From Tepidisphaeraceae bacterium (GTDB lineage: Bacteria; Planctomycetota; Phycisphaerae; Tepidisphaerales; Tepidisphaeraceae), in assembly GCA_035483795.1 (NCBI GenBank), contig DATHPP010000425.1, positions 9,951 to 73,950 of the forward strand: 64,000 nt of DNA, in the 5' to 3' direction. Positions 44,001 through 52,986 of this stretch are shown piece by piece. The translations under genes and the position numbers were made by a program. The first letter of the stretch is position 1. Each line of letters begins with the position of its first letter. A model generated the notes under the pieces. It was not told the origin of the DNA. It ran no database searches and was given only the letters and a program-made list of their open reading frames with translations.

Positions 44001-44318
44001 TCAGTAGCAGCTTTCAAAACGCGCGATCGGCGGACAGCGGCATTCACCGTCGCGACCGACTTGGCAACCCTCCAGATGGCGCTCGACGACGAGGAAGAAT
44101 CCTTCGTCCTCATGCGCTCCCTCCAGCATCTCGGCCCCCAGCGCTTTCAGCTCAGATTGGATACGATTCAATTCGCGGTCTTTGGCGTGCAGCCGCATGA
44201 AGCCGCTTTGGCAGATGTCTTTGGCTTCCCCGGCCAGCCCGCGAATTCGCTCTGCCGCCGTCCCTTCGTGCTTTTCCGGAACGTATTTCAGAGAGCTTTC
44301 CCCCGTCCGAAAATCCAT
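44001..44318 (-). CDS. hypothetical protein
   Basis: 105-aa ORF in operon orientation. Confidence 0.4.
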   Translation of the reverse strand: MDFRTGESSLKYVPEKHEGTAAERIRGLAGEAKDICQSGFMRLHAKDRELNRIQSELKALGAEMLEGAHEDEGFFLVVERHLEGCQVGRDGECRCPPIARFESCY

Positions 44319-44677
44319 CTTGCCACGGCGATCAGGCTCACTTTGAACGCCGCCCAGCGCGTTGGCTCAAGTGTGTAGGTGTTCTGGGCCTTGATCGATT
44401 CATGGGCGACAATGAAATTGTGCAGCAGTTGTTTGAGATTCTTCGGCCCGTCCGGCGTGTCGATCCAGGTATATTCGGGGACCGGCGTCGAGGTGCCATC
44501 GGGATGCAAGTTGACCGCATAGACACCAGCGCGGTGATAGCTCGAATAGGCCGCCGATGATGATGACATGCCGAAGCTCGCGCATTGAACGTCGTAGGGG
44601 CCGCTGCTCGTCCACTGAACGTCATAGGGGCGGCTACTCGCCATCGCAACGTCGTAGGGGCGGCTCGAAACCATCAC
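44288..44677 (-). CDS. hypothetical protein with 3x SSRPYDV tandem repeat and YTLEPTRWA motif
   Basis: The N-terminus is encoded by three ~30-nt tandem units (44586-44675). The C-terminal AQNTYTLEPTRWAAFK matches KQSYTLEPTRWARFK in 58583..59245. Confidence 0.5.
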   Translation of the reverse strand: MMVSSRPYDVAMASSRPYDVQWTSSGPYDVQCASFGMSSSSAAYSSYHRAGVYAVNLHPDGTSTPVPEYTWIDTPDGPKNLKQLLHNFIVAHESIKAQNTYTLEPTRWAAFKVSLIAVARWIFGRGKAL

Positions 44678-45297
44678 GCCTTCCGGGTAAGAGTCGCGAT
44701 CGTATCCATCGCTGCCCCTTTGTAATTCGCCAACGCGAACTGCTGGTAGTCCTGGTTCCGCACGATCAGGTCCGGGCGCATCGAGTAGCCCCAGGTCGCA
44801 TCGAAGTCGCAGTTGAACCCACCGGGAAGGACTTCGGCGTCGCTATGCGGGGCGTTGGCCCGGCGCCATTCGCGGTTCAAATAAAAATACCAGAATTCAC
44901 TCAGGGGGGGCCACTGATGGGTTGGGTCTCCATAGGCGCGTTCACTGCACCAGTGCGGGGTGATGATCTGGCACTTGCCGCCGGGGACGAGAATCCGGTA
45001 CAGCTCGTTGACGAAGCCGCAGCGCTGCATCGCCGTCAGGTGCTCCAGAAAATGACTGGCATGCGCTTCGGCGACCGAGGCGTCTTTCCACGGCCAGGGG
45101 ATGATCGTCAGATCGACCACTTGATCCACGCCGACGAAGGGATGGCGATCGCATCCGGTGAAGCCCTCGCGCTTGTGGGGACCGCAGCCGAAGTCCAATT
45201 TGAGCAGCGGCGCAGCGGCGACGGCGGGAATCGCGGGCGCAATCGGCGGCGCAATACTTGGCGCAATCGGGGCCGGGCGGCGTTTGGATTTCACCAC
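44674..45297 (-). CDS. class I SAM methyltransferase
   Basis: LKLDFGCGPHKREGF (motif I), SHFLEHL and LVPGG. Confidence 0.7.
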   Translation of the reverse strand: MVKSKRRPAPIAPSIAPPIAPAIPAVAAAPLLKLDFGCGPHKREGFTGCDRHPFVGVDQVVDLTIIPWPWKDASVAEAHASHFLEHLTAMQRCGFVNELYRILVPGGKCQIITPHWCSERAYGDPTHQWPPLSEFWYFYLNREWRRANAPHSDAEVLPGGFNCDFDATWGYSMRPDLIVRNQDYQQFALANYKGAAMDTIATLTRKA

Positions 45298-46049
45298 ATC
45301 ATGTCCGTGTTGGAATCAAAATGCCCGACGAGAACGCCGCAATCGACGGCGCATCTATACCCGTACTTCCGCGCTTCCCCCCAGAACGCCAGATCCTGGG
45401 TTCCGACACCTTCCTTGCTCGCCAGCGTTTTGAACCACGGCCTGCGGAGACGAGCGTCTTTGAACATGGGCAAGCGCCAGAGCGCGAATCCCATCGATAA
45501 TCCGCAGCACTCGACCAGCTCGCCGGGGCGAGGCGGCTGGGGCCGGAAGTTCACCACCGGATCGTTCACGTCGCCCCAAATGTGCGGAGTCCCGACGCCG
45601 CCCGGCAGTCCGCCCCCTTCCCCCTTACACCAGTACAACCCGGAGATCGCCGCCAGTTCGGGATGCTCCTCCATCCGCGCCACCAGCTTCAAAACCCCAT
45701 CTGACGGCGGGGCGTTATCGTGCTCCATCGTCAAGAGGTATTCCCACTGGCTCAGTTCCGGATGGGCCAGGATGTCTTCGATGGCCTTGGAATACGCCTG
45801 TCCGACTTCCTCTCCCAGCGCCAGGTGTCGATGCACGCCCTGATTCGGGGGAAAGATGAGGGAGCAGTGGGAGAGGTACACCCGTGAAGGAATCGATTCG
45901 GCCGCCGGGATGATGACCGCGATTCGCTGTTTCTTCCACGTCCCTCCGCGCAGGACACGCTGGGTCGAGGCCGCCAGATCGCCGTTGTGACGGCCGGCCT
46001 GGGCGGGGTCGATGGCATCGATGACGGCGTTTTGCAGGCGGGGTTTCAT
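45291..46049 (-). CDS. GT-A (family 2-like) glycosyltransferase
   Basis: RIAVIIPAAES..., LLTMEHDN and GTQDLAFWGEARKYGYRCAVDCGVLVGH follow the GT2-like layout. Confidence 0.6.
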   Translation of the reverse strand: MKPRLQNAVIDAIDPAQAGRHNGDLAASTQRVLRGGTWKKQRIAVIIPAAESIPSRVYLSHCSLIFPPNQGVHRHLALGEEVGQAYSKAIEDILAHPELSQWEYLLTMEHDNAPPSDGVLKLVARMEEHPELAAISGLYWCKGEGGGLPGGVGTPHIWGDVNDPVVNFRPQPPRPGELVECCGLSMGFALWRLPMFKDARLRRPWFKTLASKEGVGTQDLAFWGEARKYGYRCAVDCGVLVGHFDSNTDMMW

Positions 46050-47203
46050 CAGGGATGGGTGATGAGGAAGATCGTCGCGGTGCCTTTGGGTCCTCCGACT
46101 TTGACCATTCCGAACGACCGATTCGGCCGCGTGCGGTACAGTTCCCAGCGCGTTTCCGGGGCATACATATGCTGGGCGAGGGCGAGACCCTGTGACATGA
46201 TGGCCAAGGGATCAGCCAGGCCCGGCTGACCCGGATAGCCCACAGACCCAGAAAATCCGTAAAGACGATGATCCGAGATCAGACCCAGAAACGGCGACGA
46301 CACTCCGTCATCATCGGACCCGATGAACTGATATACCGCGTTGATCGCAGCTTTTCCCGCATTCTGCGGCGATCCTACGTTGGCTTGACTTTTGGATATG
46401 CCGAACGGCTGTAGCTGGCCGCCGCCCTGGACATCGTTACCGCTGACCGGGCCGAGTTGGCCATCGACGAGGATCACTTGCCACGAATTGTTGTAGCCGC
46501 CCGATCCCGACGTAGAGAACGGCATGTAAAGACCACAGATCAGATGCCACTGGCCATCGTTGACTACTTGGCAGCTTTGCACTCCAAACGGAATAGCGCC
46601 GCCCTCGTTGTTGTCAAACATCGTGGCCGCAGCGTTGGCGGTGTTGACGCCGGAACCATCATAAATCTGCATGATAACGCCCATCGTGTGGCCGGGATAA
46701 CCGGAGTTGTCGTTGCGATCGAAGGAATAGATATATGTGTCATGCGGCGTGTCACCAGCGGTGAAGGTGAGCGCTGAGTCGCTGGTGCGTATCCAAGCCG
46801 TCGCCATGTAGGCTTGGCCAAGCACGACGGTATCGGGGATTCCTCCGAAATCCACCGGGTCAACTGAGGTCGCAGATTGATAAGCGTAGGGCCGCGACTG
46901 AGATTGGCCAGAGAATATCCCCGCCATCCCCGCAGGATTGGGAATGCCAAACCAACACGTTCCCATCTGAGGATCGCCGGCGTGAAGCGTGTTCACACTC
47001 GGTGTCATGTGCAGGCCATAAGGTCCGTAGTCCATCGCACACGGAGCCTTGGCCGCGTTGGACATCGGCTCCCAGATCGGCCACCAAGCGTACAGATTTT
47101 TCGCCTGGAAGCTGTCCTGATTTATGCCGACAAACTCGTCGCGGGAAGGGCGCTGATCCATCCCCTCTGAGAGGCCGACGAACTTTTTCATCAGCGGCGT
47201 CAT
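46049..47203 (-). CDS. LamG/concanavalin-A-like lectin-fold protein
   Basis: From ATG 47203 (MTPLMKKF...). …VVNDGQWHLICGLY…WQVILVDGQL… is typical of Laminin_G_3-type jelly rolls. The track N-terminus (to 47572) overlaps another gene and was rejected. Confidence 0.55.
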   Translation of the reverse strand: MTPLMKKFVGLSEGMDQRPSRDEFVGINQDSFQAKNLYAWWPIWEPMSNAAKAPCAMDYGPYGLHMTPSVNTLHAGDPQMGTCWFGIPNPAGMAGIFSGQSQSRPYAYQSATSVDPVDFGGIPDTVVLGQAYMATAWIRTSDSALTFTAGDTPHDTYIYSFDRNDNSGYPGHTMGVIMQIYDGSGVNTANAAATMFDNNEGGAIPFGVQSCQVVNDGQWHLICGLYMPFSTSGSGGYNNSWQVILVDGQLGPVSGNDVQGGGQLQPFGISKSQANVGSPQNAGKAAINAVYQFIGSDDDGVSSPFLGLISDHRLYGFSGSVGYPGQPGLADPLAIMSQGLALAQHMYAPETRWELYRTRPNRSFGMVKVGGPKGTATIFLITHP

Positions 47204-47207
47204 GTGG

Positions 47208-47594
47208 TTACTGGTTGATGATCGCGGTCGTGACTTCCTGAGTCTGAACCTGTACCGTCCACGTCGCAACTGACCCGCCACCGGACAACACTTGTACGGC
47301 GTACTGCCCTGTCTCAAGCCGAAGACTGACCTGCTGCAAACCGCCTGACTGGCGTGGCAATCCCAGAGGTTGAAGCGGCTGCGTATCGAAGGTGTTTCCG
47401 CCGTCTGTCGAGCGATAAGCGAAGACTTGCGGTCCGGCCGAAACGTTGGTGGGGAACTGAACGATGATCGGGATCTTGATCTGCCACGCCTGCGTGATGT
47501 TGACGGTGAATGTGAAGGACGAAGATTGCCCGATGCCGATGCCGGCTTGAATCGTCGCGGTCCAGGTTTCAACAGGTGTTGCGACGGTGCTCAT
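47208..47594 (-). CDS. small beta-sandwich protein with Asp-box
   Basis: FAYRSTDGGNTFDTQP is an SxDxGxT[WF] Asp-box. 128 aa. It overlaps the upstream glycosyltransferase by 4 nt. Confidence 0.55.
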   Translation of the reverse strand: MSTVATPVETWTATIQAGIGIGQSSSFTFTVNITQAWQIKIPIIVQFPTNVSAGPQVFAYRSTDGGNTFDTQPLQPLGLPRQSGGLQQVSLRLETGQYAVQVLSGGGSVATWTVQVQTQEVTTAIINQ

Positions 47595-48268
47595 CTATAC
47601 CCCACTGCCATCTCTGGCTCTTGAAGTTCCACCACATCCGGGTCGTAGTCGGCCAGCGATAGCGCCCGCATTTGCAGGTGATGGCACTCGACGCGCATGG
47701 CGCAGACGGCCTTGATCTTCAGTTTCTTCAGACGCAGGAAAAACGAGTGGTCTTCACCGTAGCCGGAAATACGGGAGAACGGCTGCTCTTTCAATTCATC
47801 CTCGATTCGCTCGAACACGCTCCGCTTGACCCACAGACACCCGGCCCCGGCGGAATCGACCTCCAGGACCTCGACCGACTCATCCCATGCCCCAACCGGA
47901 TGAAGCCCTTCGCCCTGCAATCGGAAAACCACCGGAGAGTGCGGCGGGTCTTTGTACTGGTAGACGGCGGTGACGACTTCCGCCCCGGTGCGATCCGCCA
48001 CGTTGAGCAGCCGGTAAGCGATGTCCGGGTCGAAAGCATGGTCCGTGTCAAGCATCAGCAGCCAATCGCCCCGCATGTTGTCGGCCATGATGTTGCGGGC
48101 AACGTCGTGGATGCTCACACGCGGCGGTCGCGGGTAGTGGATGCACTCACCGGGCAGGCAGAGGTATTGCGCGTTCCACTGGATCAGGTCGGCAAAGGAA
48201 TCGACGAACGGGGAGAGAACGGCAGGCGTTCCGCCCATTCTTGCCACCGTGCCGATGTATTTGTTCAT
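47591..48268 (-). CDS. GT-A (family 2-like) glycosyltransferase
   Basis: From ATG 48268 (MNKYIGTVARMGG...). WLLMLDTDHAF is a DxD-type motif and GYGEDHSFFLRLKK follows. The start overlaps the upstream stop as TGATG. Confidence 0.65.
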   Translation of the reverse strand: MNKYIGTVARMGGTPAVLSPFVDSFADLIQWNAQYLCLPGECIHYPRPPRVSIHDVARNIMADNMRGDWLLMLDTDHAFDPDIAYRLLNVADRTGAEVVTAVYQYKDPPHSPVVFRLQGEGLHPVGAWDESVEVLEVDSAGAGCLWVKRSVFERIEDELKEQPFSRISGYGEDHSFFLRLKKLKIKAVCAMRVECHHLQMRALSLADYDPDVVELQEPEMAVGYR

Positions 48269-49458
48269 CAGGAGCACGCGACTTCCTCCATCACTTCCGC
48301 CCACTGCTCGTACTGGTCCACGATCCGCTCCCAATCGAACTTCGCGCGAGCCCATTCCATCATGGGTCCGCGTATCTGTTCTTGCAGCGACAGATCGCTC
48401 GTCAGCCTGCGGATTTCATGGACGTACTGAGCCATCACCAGCGGCTCGTTGGCGGGATCGCCGTTGATGAAGATGCCGTGCCGCACGTTGTCAGCCAGCG
48501 CCCAGAGCGGATTGGTGATGGGGATTGCCCCGCACGCCTGGGCAGACATGCAGGTAATGCAGGATGTCTCGGTAAACGTCGTCGGATAGACCCAAAGCCC
48601 CGCCGACAGGAACTCGCGGTCGAGCTGCGTCTGCCCGATTCGCCCCAGCCACGTCACGCCCGGCTGTTCCAGTCCCGGCCCGCATTCGGCTTCGACGTTC
48701 TGCCAGTATTTGCCCTGGTCGTCTATCTCGACTGGCGGCTTTGTCCTGTCGCCGCACGCCCTACGGACGGCCCAATACTTTTTCTTGCACTTCTTGATGT
48801 TGTCCCATCCGTAGGCAACGGTGAGGGACAGTCGCGGCTCGAACTCGCGGGCACGCCGGAAGATTTTCAGGAGGGACGGGAGGCCGCGGTCGGGGCTGCT
48901 AGAGTAGATGAGTTTGAAGGGGTCACGTCCTATCTGTTTGATCCCCTCGATTCTCTCGACGTTGATCCCATTGCTCGACAGGTGAATCTTGCCTTCAAGC
49001 GTCGGCGACCTCTGTACCAAATACTCCGCCTGCGCCTTGCACAATGCGAGACATCGATCCAGCTTCGTAATCCGTTCGGCTGAAATGCCCTGCGGATTGT
49101 CCTTCCATCCGCTCGCGAAAAACTGATCTGGATAGCACACATCCTGACAGACAAGCCACGTCGTCTGCTCGGGATGGTCCACGGGGAAGTTATCCAGTGC
49201 AGACGGGCAACGTGACAAAACCCACACGCCGGGAGCGGCAAAGTCGGCGGCTTCAAGCGGAAGCCAGCGGGCGTTGCCGTCGTATTCGGGGCAGTTGTCG
49301 CGGAGCGGGGCGTAGACCGTGACGACGTGCCCGCGAGCGGCAAGACGACGGGCCATCTCGACAACCGAAGTCTCAGAGCCGCCTATCCCCGGATTCTCCG
49401 GGCTGCGGTGGTCCCACTTCTCAAAGTGGATCGGGCAGTAGAAATAAAAGGTGCGCAT
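48268..49458 (-). CDS. GT4-type (GT-B) glycosyltransferase
   Basis: From ATG 49458: MRTFYFYCPIHFEKW...GIGGSETSVVEMARRLAARGHVVTVY, and C-terminal TFTETSCITCMSAQACGAIPIT. The start overlaps the fibre gene's stop codon. Confidence 0.75.
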   Translation of the reverse strand: MRTFYFYCPIHFEKWDHRSPENPGIGGSETSVVEMARRLAARGHVVTVYAPLRDNCPEYDGNARWLPLEAADFAAPGVWVLSRCPSALDNFPVDHPEQTTWLVCQDVCYPDQFFASGWKDNPQGISAERITKLDRCLALCKAQAEYLVQRSPTLEGKIHLSSNGINVERIEGIKQIGRDPFKLIYSSSPDRGLPSLLKIFRRAREFEPRLSLTVAYGWDNIKKCKKKYWAVRRACGDRTKPPVEIDDQGKYWQNVEAECGPGLEQPGVTWLGRIGQTQLDREFLSAGLWVYPTTFTETSCITCMSAQACGAIPITNPLWALADNVRHGIFINGDPANEPLVMAQYVHEIRRLTSDLSLQEQIRGPMMEWARAKFDWERIVDQYEQWAEVMEEVACS

Positions 49459-52400
49459 CAGACGCGGTTGTTGGCGAATTCCAGCCAGGTCTTGAACAGG
49501 CTCCCGGCGGTGCTGATCTGAGAGAAGGCGATGGCGCCGTTGGCTTGGCCGGCGTTGTTCAGGTACGTCGAAGCGGGCGAGTAGGTGGCGCTGAACGAAC
49601 CGTGGCCCGGCGAAGGTGCCATAGTGGCGGCGCTGCCCTGTCCCATCCGGCCAAGAGAAGACGCGAGCGAATTGGTGAAGCCGACGTAAGTCAACTGGCC
49701 GCTGAGCGTGAGGTTCGAGGCGTTGACCGACAGGGTGAAGGTTCTCCCGGCCGCGCCGCTGGTGCTGGCAGATGAACTGCTCGACGACGTGCTCGACGCC
49801 ATGTTGACGCCGATCCAGTAATCGCCCGGTGAAAGGGAAGATGCGAAGGCGAGAGGCACGATCTTGTTGGAGGCCCAAGCCGTCGTCGCCATCCAGGTTC
49901 CGGTCAACGAGAAGGAAGACGTGGCGCCGGTCGCCCCAGTGGTGCTGCTGGAGTTGCTGATGCTGCTGGTCCATGATCCGTAGCCGGGCGCCCAGGTGGT
50001 GATGGTCGTCGCCGCGTTGATCGTCGTCATCGTGTTGCTGGTCAACGATGGGAAAGAGACGGTCGCGGCGGCGCTGGAGCTGATGCTGATGGTGCTGTTG
50101 GTGACGTTGAAGGCGTAGGTGTGACCCTCATAGGTAACGAAGGAATTCCGCGTCGAGGCGAAGGTCCACAGTTCATCGGTGAAGCCGCCCGAGCCCCGGC
50201 TGAACAGGTACAGGTCCACCAGGTTGGAGTTGGTGAAAGAGTAGGAGGCGTTGGCGTTGAAGCTGCTCGCCCCGCCGTTGCTGAACGTGACCGTGTTCGC
50301 CGCCGAGGTGCTAGTCAGGCTGGCGCTGGCGATGACGTTGACGACGTTGAAACTGAGGTAATTGTCGAGGCGGAAGGGCTGGAGGAACATCGTCCCCAAA
50401 CCGCCGCTGGTCGTCGCCGAGCCGACATTGAATTCGTAAGGCTCGAAATACGAATTGGTGTAAGCGGGGACGCCGATGGAGATGGTGCTGGCATTGACGC
50501 TGATGGAGACCAGACCCGTGCCGGAGAGTGATGAAGTCTGCGGGACGGAGACGACCCAGCCGGAATTCGAGGCCGCGATCGAGCATGCCCCGCTCCCGGC
50601 CATGGAAATACTTCGGGCATCATAGCTTCCCGATGAAGTTCCGAAGGTGTTCGAGGAAGCGTAGACGCTGCCGGTTTGATTCGTCTGCGAGGCGGCCGAG
50701 ATCGTCACCGACTGGCCGTTCTGGCTGAGCGTGACGTTGTTCCCGCCCGCCAGAATCGCGGTGCCGCTGGAGATGAGGGCATAGCCAGCGCCGGCTGAGG
50801 TCGAGTTCCCGGCCAGGCTCAGGTCAACGCAGTTCTGGGTTTGCACCGTCTGCGTGAAGGCCGACACGGTGACGGAATTCCCGTTCTGCGAAAGCGTGAC
50901 ATTGTTCCCACCAGCCAGGACAAGCGTACCGCTGGAGACCAGAACGTAACCGGCCCCGGCTGAGGTCGAGTTTCCCGAGAGCGTGACATCGACGCAATTC
51001 TGTGTCTGCACCGTCTGCGTGAAGGCCGAGACCGTGACCGCGTTGCCGTTCTGGCTCAGGGTGACGTTGTTGCCACCGGCCAGGGTCATCGTGCCCGAGG
51101 AGATCAGGACATAACCAGCTCCTGCGGAGGTCGAGTTGCCGGCGAGCGTGGCATCGACACAGTTCTGGGTCTGCACGCTCTGCGAAGCGGTTGCGGTGAT
51201 GGTCGAGCCGTTGAGGCCGAAGCTGACGTTGTTGGAGTTGGAGAAGACGACGCTGCCGAGATTGCCACTATTAGCGCCCGCTGAGAAATTCACCGGAGCG
51301 GCAGCGGCGTTGGCACCGGAGATGGTGACCGACTGGCCGTTTTGCGAGAGCGTGATGTTGTTGCCGCCCGCCAGGATCGCCGTGCCGCTGGAAATCAGGA
51401 TGTAACCGGCGCCGGCGGAAGTCGAGTTGCCCGACAAACTCAAGTCCACGCAATTCTGCGTCTGCACCGTTTGCGTCGGCGCGGAGATGATCCAGCCGGA
51501 GTTGGTCGCCGCGACACTGACCGCGCCGCTGCCGGCGATGCTGATCGACCGCGCATCATACGTCCCCGAGGTGCTGCTGAACGTGTTGCTGGAAGCGTAG
51601 AGGTTGCCGGTCTGATTAGTCTGGGCGACCGCGTTGGCAGCCGAGACCGTGACCGAATTCCCGTTCTGGCTGAGCGTGATATTGTTTCCACCGGCCAGGA
51701 CCATCGTGCCACTGGAAATCAGGACATAGCCAGCCCCGGCCGAGGTGGAGTTGCCCGACAGCGTCACATCGACGCAATTCTGGGTCTGGACCGTCTGACT
51801 GGCGGCCGAGACGGTGACCGCGTTGCCGTTCTGGCTTAGGGTGACGTTGTTACCGCCCGCCAGCGTCATCGTGCCCGAGGAAATCAGGGCATAGCCGGCC
51901 CCGGCCGAGGTCGAGTTGCCCGCGAGGGTGGCATCGACACAGTTCTGGGTTTGAACAGTCTGCGCCGGCGCGGAAATCACCCACCCGGAATTCGAGGCCG
52001 CCACCGAGACTGCGCCACTGCCCGCGATGGAAATGCTCCGGGCGTCGTAGGTGCCCGAAGAAGTGCCGAAGGTATTGCTCGAAGCATAGACGTTGCCCGA
52101 TTGATTGCTCTGGGCGGCGAAGCTGGCGGTCGCGGTAATCGTCGAGCCGCTGAGTCCGAAACTGACGTTGTTTGAGTTGGAGAAGGTGACCGCCGAGAGA
52201 TTGTTCGAGGTCGCGCCGGCTGACAGGTTGATATTGCTGATCGTGGCGGCATTCGACTGCATTGCCGTCGTCAGATAAGGCCCCGGCGATTGATAGTTGG
52301 TCGCGACGGTCGCCGTCAGCGTTGAGCCAGTCAGCCCGAAGGAGACGCCGTTGGAATTCGAGAACGTAAGAGCCGACAGGTTATTGGAAGTCGCGCCCGC

Positions 52401-52970
52401 CGAAATGTTGACGTTGGAGATCGTCGCCGCGTTCGACTGCATCGCCGTCGTCAGATAGGGCGGCAGATTTACACTGACCCCGCTGGTATTGACGGTGATC
52501 GAGCCGCCGGTGATCGCGCCGTTCACCCCCGCGTAGTTGCTGGAATTCTGCGACAGGTCCGCCGTGGTCAGGTAGGGCGGCAGGTTGACCGACACACCCG
52601 AGGTGTTCACCGTGATCGAGCCGCCGGTGATCGCGCCGTTCGTCCCGGCAAACGCCGTTTCGATGTCGGTGATCGTCTTGACGGTGATGGTCGCGGCGAT
52701 CTGATCGCCCACCACAATCGAGCGGGCCGAGGTTCCTTCCTGGGTTCGGACGATGGTCAGCGTGTCGGTCGAGACGTTGGTGACGCGGACGATCTCGGCA
52801 TTGCTGGCCATCGGGATCGAGCCGGTCGGCCAGACGGTGGCATTGAACGGCACCGGGGGGAAAAGGCTGCCGCCACCGGCCGAAACGACCAGGGTGGTGC
52901 CGCTGGACGCCGGCGCGGGCGCAGTGGCAACCAAGGTATACGCGAGGTTCTTGTGTTGATCGAAGGGCAT
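49458..52970 (-). CDS. tail fibre / adhesin with modular internal repeats
   Basis: The N-terminus ...PPVPFNATVWPTGSIPMASNAEIVRVTNVSTDTLTIVRTQEGTSARSIVVGDQIA is a motif I recognise from phage minor-tail and fibre proteins. It is followed by 7 copies of a ~54-aa unit QTVQTQNCVDxxLxGNSTSAGAGYxLISSGTxxLAGGNNxTLSQNGxxVTxSA and three other repeated modules. Confidence 0.75.
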   Translation of the reverse strand: MPFDQHKNLAYTLVATAPAPASSGTTLVVSAGGGSLFPPVPFNATVWPTGSIPMASNAEIVRVTNVSTDTLTIVRTQEGTSARSIVVGDQIAATITVKTITDIETAFAGTNGAITGGSITVNTSGVSVNLPPYLTTADLSQNSSNYAGVNGAITGGSITVNTSGVSVNLPPYLTTAMQSNAATISNVNISAGATSNNLSALTFSNSNGVSFGLTGSTLTATVATNYQSPGPYLTTAMQSNAATISNINLSAGATSNNLSAVTFSNSNNVSFGLSGSTITATASFAAQSNQSGNVYASSNTFGTSSGTYDARSISIAGSGAVSVAASNSGWVISAPAQTVQTQNCVDATLAGNSTSAGAGYALISSGTMTLAGGNNVTLSQNGNAVTVSAASQTVQTQNCVDVTLSGNSTSAGAGYVLISSGTMVLAGGNNITLSQNGNSVTVSAANAVAQTNQTGNLYASSNTFSSTSGTYDARSISIAGSGAVSVAATNSGWIISAPTQTVQTQNCVDLSLSGNSTSAGAGYILISSGTAILAGGNNITLSQNGQSVTISGANAAAAPVNFSAGANSGNLGSVVFSNSNNVSFGLNGSTITATASQSVQTQNCVDATLAGNSTSAGAGYVLISSGTMTLAGGNNVTLSQNGNAVTVSAFTQTVQTQNCVDVTLSGNSTSAGAGYVLVSSGTLVLAGGNNVTLSQNGNSVTVSAFTQTVQTQNCVDLSLAGNSTSAGAGYALISSGTAILAGGNNVTLSQNGQSVTISAASQTNQTGSVYASSNTFGTSSGSYDARSISMAGSGACSIAASNSGWVVSVPQTSSLSGTGLVSISVNASTISIGVPAYTNSYFEPYEFNVGSATTSGGLGTMFLQPFRLDNYLSFNVVNVIASASLTSTSAANTVTFSNGGASSFNANASYSFTNSNLVDLYLFSRGSGGFTDELWTFASTRNSFVTYEGHTYAFNVTNSTISISSSAAATVSFPSLTSNTMTTINAATTITTWAPGYGSWTSSISNSSSTTGATGATSSFSLTGTWMATTAWASNKIVPLAFASSLSPGDYWIGVNMASSTSSSSSSASTSGAAGRTFTLSVNASNLTLSGQLTYVGFTNSLASSLGRMGQGSAATMAPSPGHGSFSATYSPASTYLNNAGQANGAIAFSQISTAGSLFKTWLEFANNRV

Positions 52971-52986
52971 CGCTCAAAGGTGAAAG

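Noticed and set aside
46049-47572. Long N-terminal extensions of track ORFs 46049..47572, 48268..49974, 53796..57461, 59866..61380 and 20994..21563.
   Set aside because: The extensions overlap the 3' ends of upstream genes and are Arg/Pro/Ser-rich. Internal ATG or GTG starts that abut or overlap the upstream stop codons (47203, 49458, 57239, 61245, 21359) fit the operon's coupling pattern.
49458-52970. Possible CRISPR array or diversity-generating retroelement, given the many near-identical ~160-nt repeats.
   Set aside because: The repeats are contiguous and in frame within one long ORF, with no unique spacers. No cas genes or reverse transcriptase occur in the window.
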